A stretch of DNA of 64,000 bases. Source: a virus. The translations under genes were made by a program, and so were the position numbers. The stretch covers positions 125,818 through 189,817 of IMG/VR virus record IMGVR_UViG_3300045988_052724; one strand, written 5' to 3'. The notes beneath the pieces were generated by a model. That model saw only the letters and a program-made list of their open reading frames with translations, had not been told where the DNA came from and searched no databases. Below, in pieces: positions 55,968-63,640 of the stretch (position 1 is its first letter; each line of letters begins with the position of its first letter).

Positions 55968-56044
55968 AGGGACGTATCCCCTCAAGCTTATACCTTGTAG
56001 AAAGGGTAGTCGGTCGCACGTGGGTTCAAGCCCCACCGTCCCTA
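55968..56044 (+). ncRNA. Nested tRNA-like element inside the insertion
   Basis: agggacg/cgtccct acceptor, gtggg-TTCAAGC-cccac T-arm. The D and anticodon regions are irregular. Confidence 0.4.
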
Positions 56045-56117
56045 CAACTTCTGGATTGAATTTTTAGTTTTGCACCAAAACATTTGGTATTATGATTATT
56101 TTCATATATATTTGTAT

Positions 56118-56666
56118 ATGAATTACAATGATTATAATACACAGAAGTTAAGAGGTTTAAAGCGCAAATTAGAGCTAGTAAAATCTCGTGGTGGTAAATG
56201 TGAACTATGCGGCTATGATAGAAACATAGCTGTTCTAGAATTTCACCATATCAATCCAGATGAGAAAGAGTTTCAGTTAGATATGAGACATTTATCTAAT
56301 ACAAGTCTAGAAAGGCTTAAAGAGGAAGCAGATAAATGTCAACTTCTATGCGCTAATTGTCATAGAGAAGTACATAACCCTCACTTGGGAATGGACGAAG
56401 TTGAAGATTTAGTTAATACTGAAGCTAAAGATAAGACGTCTTTTGAAAATATGACTGGGTCTGTATGCCCAGTATGCGGCAAAAGATTTCCTAAATCTAA
56501 GGGTAAGATATACTGTTCTAAGGAATGCAGAGATGCTGATAAACATTATCCTTCTCTAGAAGAAGTAAATGAGCAGTACGAAATACTTAAGAATTGGGAG
56601 AAAGTTGCTCAGCATTTTGGATTAACTCGCAGAGTTATTCAAGGAATAAGAAAGAAAGACTCATAA
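56118..56666 (+). CDS. HNH homing-type endonuclease inside the tRNA-like gene
   Basis: CELCGYDRNIAVLEFHHINPDEKEF ... LLCANCHREVHN. Its stop TAA is part of the CTCATAA junction. ATG at 56118 preferred. Confidence 0.75.
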   Translation: MNYNDYNTQKLRGLKRKLELVKSRGGKCELCGYDRNIAVLEFHHINPDEKEFQLDMRHLSNTSLERLKEEADKCQLLCANCHREVHNPHLGMDEVEDLVNTEAKDKTSFENMTGSVCPVCGKRFPKSKGKIYCSKECRDADKHYPSLEEVNEQYEILKNWEKVAQHFGLTRRVIQGIRKKDS

Positions 56667-56864
56667 TCAGGAGGTCGGGGGTTCAAAGCCCTCTAGGTCC
56701 ACTCCAGTTCTGCAGGACTTATCTATGCTGGGATAGAGAAACAAAGCAACCAGCTAGGCTACTTGAGTGAAGTGACGTATAGTAGTAGGTAATTCCATAC
56801 CTAATTGACGGAATATAGTTAGCCATTACTGAAATTAATGGCAAATCAATGAGAATTTGGTGGG

Positions 56865-56938
56865 AACTTAGTAGCTCAGCTGGATAGAGCACTCCCTAGC
56901 TAAGGGAGAGGTCAGTGGTTCGAATCCACTCTAGGTTG
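56865..56938 (+). tRNA. tRNA with an Arg(CCT)-type body but anticodon loop TAGCTAA (GCT, A33)
   Basis: aacttag/ctaggtt, ctccc-TAGCTAA-gggag, T agtgg-TTCGAAT-ccact. Its backbone closely parallels the tRNA at 61696. Confidence 0.55.
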
Positions 56939-56961
56939 CAAGTAATATTAAACTATTAAAT

Positions 56962-57111
56962 ATGAGTAATTTTACGAAAGGTATTATATTAATTATCCTA
57001 GGTATCTGTATAGGATTACTGTCTACAGTAGTTCCAGAAGCAATTGGAGTATTTATCCCACTTGCAGTATTTTTAGGAACACTGGGAATATTTAAGTTAA
57101 TAGATGATTGA
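56962..57111 (+). CDS. Small membrane protein, 49 aa
   Basis: MSNFTKGIILIILGICIGLLSTVVPEAIGVFIPLAVFLGTLGIFKLIDD. The antisense track ORF is judged spurious. Confidence 0.4.
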   Translation: MSNFTKGIILIILGICIGLLSTVVPEAIGVFIPLAVFLGTLGIFKLIDD

Positions 57112-57486
57112 ATGAAGAATATACTTTTACTTTTATTACTTATTCCCATGTCTATGTCAGGTCAGCATAATGTAACGGCAACGTATTATCATGCAGGACC
57201 AAAACATGGTTTATCATGGCACACAGCCAGTGGGAATAGAATTAGTGTTAAGAAACTAAATGCTGGTAAGTTAAGATGGGTAGCGCTATCACATAACTTA
57301 TTAAAGCATTATGATTATGGAGATACTATTATAGTAGTATCTAATAACCCTAAGCTTAGAGGTAAATGGGTAGTGATGGATAAGATGCACAAGAGACACT
57401 ATAATAAGATAGATTTCTTGACTCCATCTGGAAAGAATTTAGGAATGCTAAAACCAACTAAAGTAAAGATAAAGAAAAAAGAATAG
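57112..57486 (+). CDS. Secreted RlpA/3D-domain (double-psi beta-barrel) lytic transglycosylase-like protein
   Basis: Signal peptide, then TATYYHAGPKHG...TASGNR pattern. Confidence 0.5.
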   Translation: MKNILLLLLLIPMSMSGQHNVTATYYHAGPKHGLSWHTASGNRISVKKLNAGKLRWVALSHNLLKHYDYGDTIIVVSNNPKLRGKWVVMDKMHKRHYNKIDFLTPSGKNLGMLKPTKVKIKKKE

Positions 57487-57490
57487 CAAT

Positions 57491-57571
57491 GGGGTAGTGG
57501 CGGAACGGTAGACGCGCATGGCTTAGGACCATGTGTCTTCGGGCGTGAGAGTTCGAGTCTCTCCTACCCTA
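57491..57571 (+). tRNA. tRNA-Leu(TAG)
   Basis: ggggtag/ctaccct, catgg-CTTAGGA-ccatg, long variable arm. Confidence 0.8.
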
Positions 57572-57594
57572 CAAACTTTTAAACAACAGGAAGT

Positions 57595-57966
57595 ATGAAA
57601 GAGATTAAAGAATTTATTCAAGAATTGTACGATAGTGCAACTTCTGGCTACACTGGTATGTTAGTACCCCTCGATGCTGCTACCAGAATTGTGTCCGAGG
57701 CGTTTGCTGCTGGTATGAACTTTCAAGACCATGAAATAAAGAGTAAACATAAGTTTAGGCGATTTGAGAAGTCAGATATTAATAAGGTGGCTGACTTTAA
57801 ATATATTCCAAATCCTGCCAATGGAGGTGATGATGATTACATCATTGCTGATATGGTATTTAGGGAATACACATATGGAGAAGATGGTACAGAACCCTTC
57901 TGTAATGTTAATGCCTTAAATAGAGATTTTGGAGAACTTAGGTTGAAAGAAATCATTAAACTTTAA
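57595..57966 (+). CDS. Hypothetical protein, 123 aa
   Basis: ORF track. Confidence 0.45.
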   Translation: MKEIKEFIQELYDSATSGYTGMLVPLDAATRIVSEAFAAGMNFQDHEIKSKHKFRRFEKSDINKVADFKYIPNPANGGDDDYIIADMVFREYTYGEDGTEPFCNVNALNRDFGELRLKEIIKL

Positions 57967-57969
57967 GCT

Positions 57970-58413
57970 ATGGCAATATTTATAGATTTAAGACCTCAAT
58001 TGAAGCATATAAGACTTCTTTACATCTTTATAGGTATACTCGTGTGTACTGCTTCTTTCAAAGGATGCCATTCAGGCAAGTTGGGAGAATTTAACGGACA
58101 TCGTACAGTCCCAGTAGACATTAATAATAGATATAAAAAGGCAACTTCTAATGGAATGGACTGTTATGTAACAGGGACTGTTCCAGGTGTAGGTGATTGT
58201 ACAATTAAGGTCACTGAGAGTACATACGATGAGGCTAGAAAGAAGGGTAAGTACCAGAGGTTGTATTTTGACCTTTATGGTAATGAGTATATGTCCACTG
58301 GATGGCTTTTGCCTGTGTTCCTTCTGGCTGCTGCTTGTATGGCTGGTGGAGGTCTTGCTATATTTAATGTATATCATTACATTGTTGAATTAGTTAAAAG
58401 GTATCATGGTTAA
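57970..58413 (+). CDS. Membrane protein, 147 aa
   Basis: N- and C-terminal TM segments. Confidence 0.45.
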   Translation: MAIFIDLRPQLKHIRLLYIFIGILVCTASFKGCHSGKLGEFNGHRTVPVDINNRYKKATSNGMDCYVTGTVPGVGDCTIKVTESTYDEARKKGKYQRLYFDLYGNEYMSTGWLLPVFLLAAACMAGGGLAIFNVYHYIVELVKRYHG

Positions 58414-59221
58414 ACAAGAATTATTAAAAGTTGCAGACGTGAGAGCAGAATTAGCTCTTGTAGCTGCAGAGTATGTAAGACGGTATCACGCTAAAGTAGA
58501 TACCAGCAAGGCTAGAGTTGAGTTAGCAAAGCTTAGAGAGTCCGGCTTAGGAGGTTCTTTGAATGCTAAGAAGCTTGCCTCTATTATTGATAGTACATCT
58601 GAAGCTGACCCATTTGGGGTTAGAATAAACATTGACAAAGTAATTAACACCTTAACAAAAGCTAAGCTTATATTGCCAGATTCTATAGTAGTACCCTGGA
58701 AAGCTTTCTTTGAAATATTGGCAAAGTATAATCTAGCGTGTGGACCTATAAGTGCTTATGAAGGAATCATACCCGAGGAGAATACTAGAGATGTGGAGAA
58801 GGCATCCCATGCGTTGAGTACATCTAATATTGCTTTTAACGACTTCTTATATCTCCGTAGAGTTAGAGTTGGAACTGATAAGCTCTCTAAGAAAGAACTA
58901 AATATGGTGGTGGAATACCTACGAAGGTTTCCATATGTTCCAAGTCAGCTTGAGATTTCTGATATACTACATAATATAGTTGGTAAGCGGCTTAATGTTA
59001 GAGCTACATATGATGCTCTTATGCGTAATGAATGGATAATTGCAGCTCCAGTAGATACTATGACTAATAATACTACTATAGAACTATATTCTGAGTACTC
59101 AGAAATGAAGAAACGTATAATAGAAGACCCTATTATATTTAAGGCTAGTGAGATAGGGGCAGTTATAGTTACTATGTGGGATAAAGAAGCCGAGGATAGT
59201 ATGTTTGACAAATATAGATAA
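58406..59221 (+). CDS. Hypothetical protein, 271 aa
   Basis: ORF track. Confidence 0.45.
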   Translation: MVKQELLKVADVRAELALVAAEYVRRYHAKVDTSKARVELAKLRESGLGGSLNAKKLASIIDSTSEADPFGVRINIDKVINTLTKAKLILPDSIVVPWKAFFEILAKYNLACGPISAYEGIIPEENTRDVEKASHALSTSNIAFNDFLYLRRVRVGTDKLSKKELNMVVEYLRRFPYVPSQLEISDILHNIVGKRLNVRATYDALMRNEWIIAAPVDTMTNNTTIELYSEYSEMKKRIIEDPIIFKASEIGAVIVTMWDKEAEDSMFDKYR

Positions 59222-59464
59222 ATGTCGATGAAATACTTATTGATATTATTAGTGTTGGGGTTCGCTTCATGTACTGGAGCAGAACCTAGAATGACAGCTC
59301 CTTCTAATAAGGAGAAGTTTGCTATTGAGGACTTTGCTAAGAGTGTCACTGCTGCTGAGTTTACGTACAGAGGTCATAGTTATATATGGTTCCATCACCC
59401 AGGAGGATGGGATGGTAATGATGGCATAGTACATAATCCAGACTGTGAGTGTAATAAGAAATAA
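59222..59464 (+). CDS. Lipoprotein, 80 aa
   Basis: Lipobox LVLGFASC. Confidence 0.5.
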   Translation: MSMKYLLILLVLGFASCTGAEPRMTAPSNKEKFAIEDFAKSVTAAEFTYRGHSYIWFHHPGGWDGNDGIVHNPDCECNKK

Positions 59465-59470
59465 ATCCAT

Positions 59471-59576
59471 ATAAGAACATAAAGAGACAAAGCCAGACTA
59501 GCTAGCAACGAGGCGAACGGGAGGTATTAAGGTTACATCAGTGATGATATAGACACGATGAGCTTTATGTTCTTAT
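59471..59576 (+). ncRNA. 106-nt element closed by a perfect 14-bp helix, ending 4 nt before tRNA-Met
   Basis: ataagaacataaag (59471-59484) pairs with ctttatgttcttat (59563-59576). Confidence 0.5.
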
Positions 59577-59580
59577 TAAT

Positions 59581-59655
59581 GGCGACATAGCTCATTTTGG
59601 TTAGAGCGTGGAAATCATAACTCCAAGGTGGTTGGTTCGAATCCGACTGTCGCCA
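59581..59655 (+). tRNA. tRNA-Met/Ile2(CAT), class I
   Basis: ggcgaca/tgtcgcc, tggaa-ATCATAA-ctcca (A31:C39 mismatch). Confidence 0.75.
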
Positions 59656-59669
59656 CACATCTTAATTTC

Positions 59670-59924
59670 ATGTATATGAGTAGAAGTAGAAAGAAGCACA
59701 TTATTGTCAAAGACAAGACTGGAAGATGGTATAATAAACTTATTCGGAGGAGGAACAAGATAGAGGTTAAACAGATAGCTAATTTAACTGATATGCTAGA
59801 ATATAATATCTCACAACCCTATGAATTAGTAAACCCTTGGGATATTTGTGATTGGAGATTTCTTGTAGATAAACGTGATGATATGTTCACCCCTGATGAA
59901 ATTAGAAAGTATTGCTGTAAATAA
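59670..59924 (+). CDS. Hypothetical basic protein (start moved downstream of the tRNA)
   Basis: MYMSRSRKKHIIVKDK.... Confidence 0.45.
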   Translation: MYMSRSRKKHIIVKDKTGRWYNKLIRRRNKIEVKQIANLTDMLEYNISQPYELVNPWDICDWRFLVDKRDDMFTPDEIRKYCCK

Positions 59925-60085
59925 CAGCACTCCCAATCTCAGTCAAAGGAGTTAAAATATTAGGCTGGGTGATGACAACTACATAGAGTTGAGCGTATGT
60001 AATAAGACGCGTTCCGAAGTACAAGGAATGGGGTGGGTGCAGAATACCTCTTTAGACTATCTTGTATAGTCAATCACTGCTTCAT

Positions 60086-60171
60086 GGCTCGATGGCGAAA
60101 TTGGTAGACGCCCCAGATTTAAGCTCTGGTGTCCAGAAATGGGCGTGTGGGTTCGAATCCCACTCGGGCTA
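60086..60171 (+). tRNA. tRNA-Leu(TAA)
   Basis: ggctcga/tcgggct, ccaga-TTTAAGC-tctgg, long variable arm. Confidence 0.8.
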
Positions 60172-60210
60172 CACCCTTGAATTTACTCTTAATCCTTAAA
60201 TATAACTGAT

Positions 60211-60441
60211 ATGAATATCTTTGGTAACACTGCAGCAGGATTTAGTAAGGAAGTAGACAACGCAATGTCTACATTTAAGAGTACTATTACGAAGCTTAAA
60301 GCTACAGCTGAGAAAGCAGTAGCAACTAAAGCTGAGAAGCAAGATGAAATTAAGAAGCTGGAATCTGAATGTTCAGCTCTTGATGGAGTATCTACTAAGG
60401 CTAATAACTTGGCTGCCAAGTTGGAAGCATTATTTGAATAA
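60211..60441 (+). CDS. Hypothetical coiled-coil protein, 76 aa
   Basis: ORF track. The antisense ORF is judged spurious. Confidence 0.45.
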   Translation: MNIFGNTAAGFSKEVDNAMSTFKSTITKLKATAEKAVATKAEKQDEIKKLESECSALDGVSTKANNLAAKLEALFE

Positions 60442-60443
60442 TC

Positions 60444-60845
60444 ATGAAAGTTGAGAATTTACTTGACCATCCTATTGACTTCACAACCGTTGAGGGATGC
60501 AAATCGTTCAACGAGTGGGTTAACAAAGACATATCTAATGCCTTCTACTTAGGGTTCCTAAGAGAAGAATTTAGTGAGTATGTCCCTAAGATAAACGAGA
60601 GCGAAGAGGGAGTTCAGTTTATAAAGAGTATGGTTACAGCAGGTGTAAAGGCTAAAAAGTATCTAAAAGAACTCGCTAGATTGATGGAGCCTTACTTACA
60701 TAGTAAAGAAGGGTTTATAATCCTGGATATGGTTAACGATGTACTAGAGAAAGTATCTTTAGAGAAGAAGGATGATGTCTATGGAGTTGCCTATGTATTA
60801 GGTGTTTATGTTAACTACTTATTTACTACTCAAGCTGAGGCATGA
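60444..60845 (+). CDS. Hypothetical protein, 133 aa
   Basis: ORF track. Confidence 0.45.
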   Translation: MKVENLLDHPIDFTTVEGCKSFNEWVNKDISNAFYLGFLREEFSEYVPKINESEEGVQFIKSMVTAGVKAKKYLKELARLMEPYLHSKEGFIILDMVNDVLEKVSLEKKDDVYGVAYVLGVYVNYLFTTQAEA

Positions 60846-61252
60846 GTTCTTATATTGTTTATACTGACGGTGCATATTCCAATACCAGAAATCAAGGTGG
60901 TATAGGGTTTGTCATTTTGAAAGAAGGTAAAGAAGTTGCTAGATATAGTAAAATGTATAAGAATACTACAAACCAAAGAATGGAGCAGATGGCAGCAATA
61001 GTTGCCCTTGAATCTATTACTACACCTTCAGAAGTTACCATAGTTTCTGATTCTCAGTATGTGGTCTGCACATACACTAAGAACTGGAAGAGAAAGGCGA
61101 ATCTGGACTTGTGGAAGAGATTTGATGCAGCAATCGCATTCCATACTAAGGTTGACTTCAGTTGGACTAAGGGTCATGCTGAAGACCAATATAACAAGAT
61201 TTGTGATAAGCTGGCGCAAGAAGCTAGTAAGACTATAGAGATTACTAATTAA
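60842..61252 (+). CDS. rnhA: Ribonuclease HI
   Basis: VYTDGAY, NQRMEQMA, VSDSQYV, TKGHAEDQYNKICDKLA (DEDD pattern). Confidence 0.8.
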   Translation: MSSYIVYTDGAYSNTRNQGGIGFVILKEGKEVARYSKMYKNTTNQRMEQMAAIVALESITTPSEVTIVSDSQYVVCTYTKNWKRKANLDLWKRFDAAIAFHTKVDFSWTKGHAEDQYNKICDKLAQEASKTIEITN

Positions 61253-61272
61253 TAATTTGTAAATTCTTCTAT

Positions 61273-61404
61273 ATGAAATACAAGAAAATGGTAGCTAACT
61301 TAGAAGCAGCTAAGAGATGGTGGGATGCTCAACCTGAATCATTCAAGAAGGCAACTACACGTCCTGGTTCTGTTAAATGCAAATCTGTTAATAGAGGTAA
61401 GTAA
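61273..61404 (+). CDS. Possible microprotein, 43 aa
   Basis: MKYKKMVANLEAAKRWWDAQPESFKK.... Confidence 0.3.
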   Translation: MKYKKMVANLEAAKRWWDAQPESFKKATTRPGSVKCKSVNRGK

Positions 61405-61552
61405 TACCGATTGGTTAAGGGAAGTGGGAAGTCCGTAACCCTTTGCTTAGGCTAAACCCACCATGAGAGGTATCGGTGACTCTCAATGCCCATGTAAAAT
61501 TACACTGGGTTTCGGGGCAGGAGGTACATGATTACTATCCTGCCCTGCGTAT
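61405..61552 (+). ncRNA. Structured leader upstream of tRNA-Lys(CTT)
   Basis: taccgat/atcggta closing helix with nested aaggg/ccctt and gtggg/cccac. 8-bp hairpin gggcagga/tcctgccc. Confidence 0.35.
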
Positions 61553-61625
61553 GACCCTATAGCTCAGTTGGCAGAGCTAATGACTCTTAATCATTAGGTC
61601 GTGAGTTCGAATCTCACTGGGGTCA
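61553..61625 (+). tRNA. tRNA-Lys(CTT)
   Basis: gacccta/tggggtc, aatga-CTCTTAA-tcatt. Confidence 0.85.
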
Positions 61626-61695
61626 CAATAAAGTTGAAATAATGAAAGAAGAAGTAGTATGTCACTTGCTCGTGAGAGTAGGTGGCATTTTTTAT

Positions 61696-61769
61696 GGTCT
61701 AGTAGCTCAGCTGAACAGAGCGTTCCCCTCCTAAGGGAAAGGTCGCGGGTTTGAATCCCGCCTGGACCA
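61696..61769 (+). tRNA. tRNA-Arg(CCT)
   Basis: ggtctag/ctggacc, ttccc-CTCCTAA-gggaa, T-loop TTTGAAT. Confidence 0.8.
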
Positions 61770-61791
61770 CTAATTTAACGTATTAAAGATT

Positions 61792-62121
61792 ATGAAAGTA
61801 TATGATGTTATAATAATTGCTGAGGATATCTATATAAATGAAATAAGTCATTTATGCTATCCAGGTATGTGTTGGTGTCTTAAAGTGGCAGCAACTAGAG
61901 GATTGGATTTTAAAGAGAAGAATAGGAGAGGACATCCGTCTTACAAAGACTTAGTCACTAATATACCTGAATTTAATCCAGAGTTCCTTAAAGCTACTAA
62001 AGATGTACGACATGCAGGTTTAGACTTCTGGTGGGACAACAACGATACAAAGTCTAGGCTCAGTGCCTTTAGTGTCTTAAAAGACATTTATAAAGAGAGT
62101 GTTAGAGAATTTGAATATTAA
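61792..62121 (+). CDS. Hypothetical protein, 109 aa
   Basis: ORF track. Confidence 0.45.
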   Translation: MKVYDVIIIAEDIYINEISHLCYPGMCWCLKVAATRGLDFKEKNRRGHPSYKDLVTNIPEFNPEFLKATKDVRHAGLDFWWDNNDTKSRLSAFSVLKDIYKESVREFEY

Positions 62122-62124
62122 CAT

Positions 62125-62545
62125 AATAGAGGGGATGTGGGCTTAAGAGTAGCCATCATTTAAAGAGTTGCGAGCGGAAGTTATGGTATATCCTTAGGTC
62201 ACGATTAGCTGTCGTGATGTAGACAAGCGTGAAGGTATAGAACTTACTGGTCCTTCCGTAGAGCCGCAGGGAGGTGCAAGCATTAATCTCGGAGAGTAGT
62301 ATTCCAAGTCTGAAATGACGAGGGTTCCTATACGTTGCTCAATGTGATATTAAGTGTCGGAGCCAGTTATTGATAAGTTCCAATAGTACGAGAGGAGCCT
62401 GGAATTAAGATTGGGAGAGTACGTGATACTCTTAGCCACTAATAGGAGAACGAAACACGGCTAATGTGTACCTTAAGTCAATGCACATACGTTCAACGTC
62501 AATAACCGCCCTTAGAGCATTTGGTGTAACAGCACACCCTCTATT
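62125..62545 (+). ncRNA. 421-nt structured RNA closed by a 9-bp helix; carries a sarcin-ricin-loop copy and other 23S-rRNA-like motifs
   Basis: aatagaggg (62125-62133) pairs with ccctctatt (62537-62545). No ORFs. tagtacgagagga at 62384-62396 sits in a hairpin closed by ttcca/tggaa. Ends 4 nt before tRNA-Arg(ACG). Confidence 0.6.
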
Positions 62546-62549
62546 CTTT

Positions 62550-62621
62550 AGTCTTATAGTTTAATGGATAAAACGCTAGCCTACGAAGCTTGAGTTCCCA
62601 GTTCGATTCTGGGTAAGACTA
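62550..62621 (+). tRNA. tRNA-Arg(ACG)
   Basis: agtctta/taagact, ctagc-CTACGAA-gcttg. Confidence 0.8.
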
Positions 62622-62644
62622 CAATACAAGAAATCTAAATTCTT

Positions 62645-63004
62645 ATGAATAAGTTAGTAAAGCTTAGGGATAAGTGGTTTCCCAAGCCTAAGCCACTAAG
62701 TGCCTTAGATGCTTATACAATCACTAAATATGGATTAAAACTTGATAAAGACACCTTGCATAAGAAATGTATAGGAGAGATAGCTGGCTTAATGCAAGCT
62801 AAATCTGCTAGAAATGAATATAGCCTGGTGTTTGACCTTGACGAGAATATTCCCGAATTAGGAGAATACTTATCTGAGTATTATACTAACCTAGGGTTTA
62901 ATTGCTTCGTCCTAGACAGCTCAGTAGATAAGAGGATTGAAACACCTCAACTCTATCTTAGCTGGAAACGAAAAGGTGTTAAATCGCCTGTGTTTGAAGG
63001 ATAG
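62645..63004 (+). CDS. Hypothetical protein, 119 aa
   Basis: ORF track. Confidence 0.45.
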   Translation: MNKLVKLRDKWFPKPKPLSALDAYTITKYGLKLDKDTLHKKCIGEIAGLMQAKSARNEYSLVFDLDENIPELGEYLSEYYTNLGFNCFVLDSSVDKRIETPQLYLSWKRKGVKSPVFEG

Positions 63005-63037
63005 TCCTTCAATTAACTTTAATAACTTAATTACATT

Positions 63038-63637
63038 ATGGCAATTAACTTGCAAAAAGGTGGACGCATTGACCTTTCTAAGGAGTCCACAGCTAGTGTG
63101 TTTAGAATTGGTTTGGGCTGGGATGCAGCACAACCTGGTAAAGAATTTGACTTGGATGCTATGGCATTGATGTTGAAAGCTGATGGTAAAGTCCTCAGTG
63201 ATAACAACATGGTGTTCTACGGTAACTTGGAAGACCCTTCTAAGTCTGTAAAGCATTCTGGTGATAACAGAACTGGTGCTGGTGACGGTGATGATGAAAC
63301 TATCACTATCGACACTACTAAGGTTCCTGCCGAGGTGCAAGAAGTTGTTATCTTAGTAAACATTCACGATGCTAAGAACCGTCAACAGAACTTCGGTATG
63401 GTTCACAATGCTAAGGTGAACCTGTATGAAGGTGCAGAAGGCAACAACATCCTTGCTAAGTATGACTTGGAAGAAGATGCTTCTATGGATAGAGCATTGG
63501 TATTCTGTAAGCTGTACCGTAAGGATGGTAGCTGGAAATTCCAGGCTGTGAATGAAGGTAAGGGTAACTATCAGTCAGTGCTGTTGTGCGACGTTCTGGC
63601 TGGTTACGGTATTGATGCTGGTCCAAAGGATTTATAA
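63038..63637 (+). CDS. terD: TerD-domain stress-response protein, 199 aa
   Basis: MAINLQKGGRIDLSK ... GLGWD ... DLDAMALML ... HSGDNRTGAGDGDDETI ... typical TerD/CAPAB Ca-binding motifs. Confidence 0.85.
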   Translation: MAINLQKGGRIDLSKESTASVFRIGLGWDAAQPGKEFDLDAMALMLKADGKVLSDNNMVFYGNLEDPSKSVKHSGDNRTGAGDGDDETITIDTTKVPAEVQEVVILVNIHDAKNRQQNFGMVHNAKVNLYEGAEGNNILAKYDLEEDASMDRALVFCKLYRKDGSWKFQAVNEGKGNYQSVLLCDVLAGYGIDAGPKDL

Positions 63638-63640
63638 GCT

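Larger units (their letters stand above)
55922..56701 (+). tRNA. tRNA-like gene interrupted in the anticodon arm by a roughly 700-nt insertion
   Basis: Left part ggaccta-ta-gctcagccaggtcagagc-aa-ctaattatgagtc. Right part gactcataatcag-gaggtc-ggggg-TTCAAAG-ccctc-taggtcc-a. Acceptor perfect 7 bp. Flanks of the insertion form a 13-bp helix. CTCATAA (CAT anticodon loop) sits at the right junction. Confidence 0.55.
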
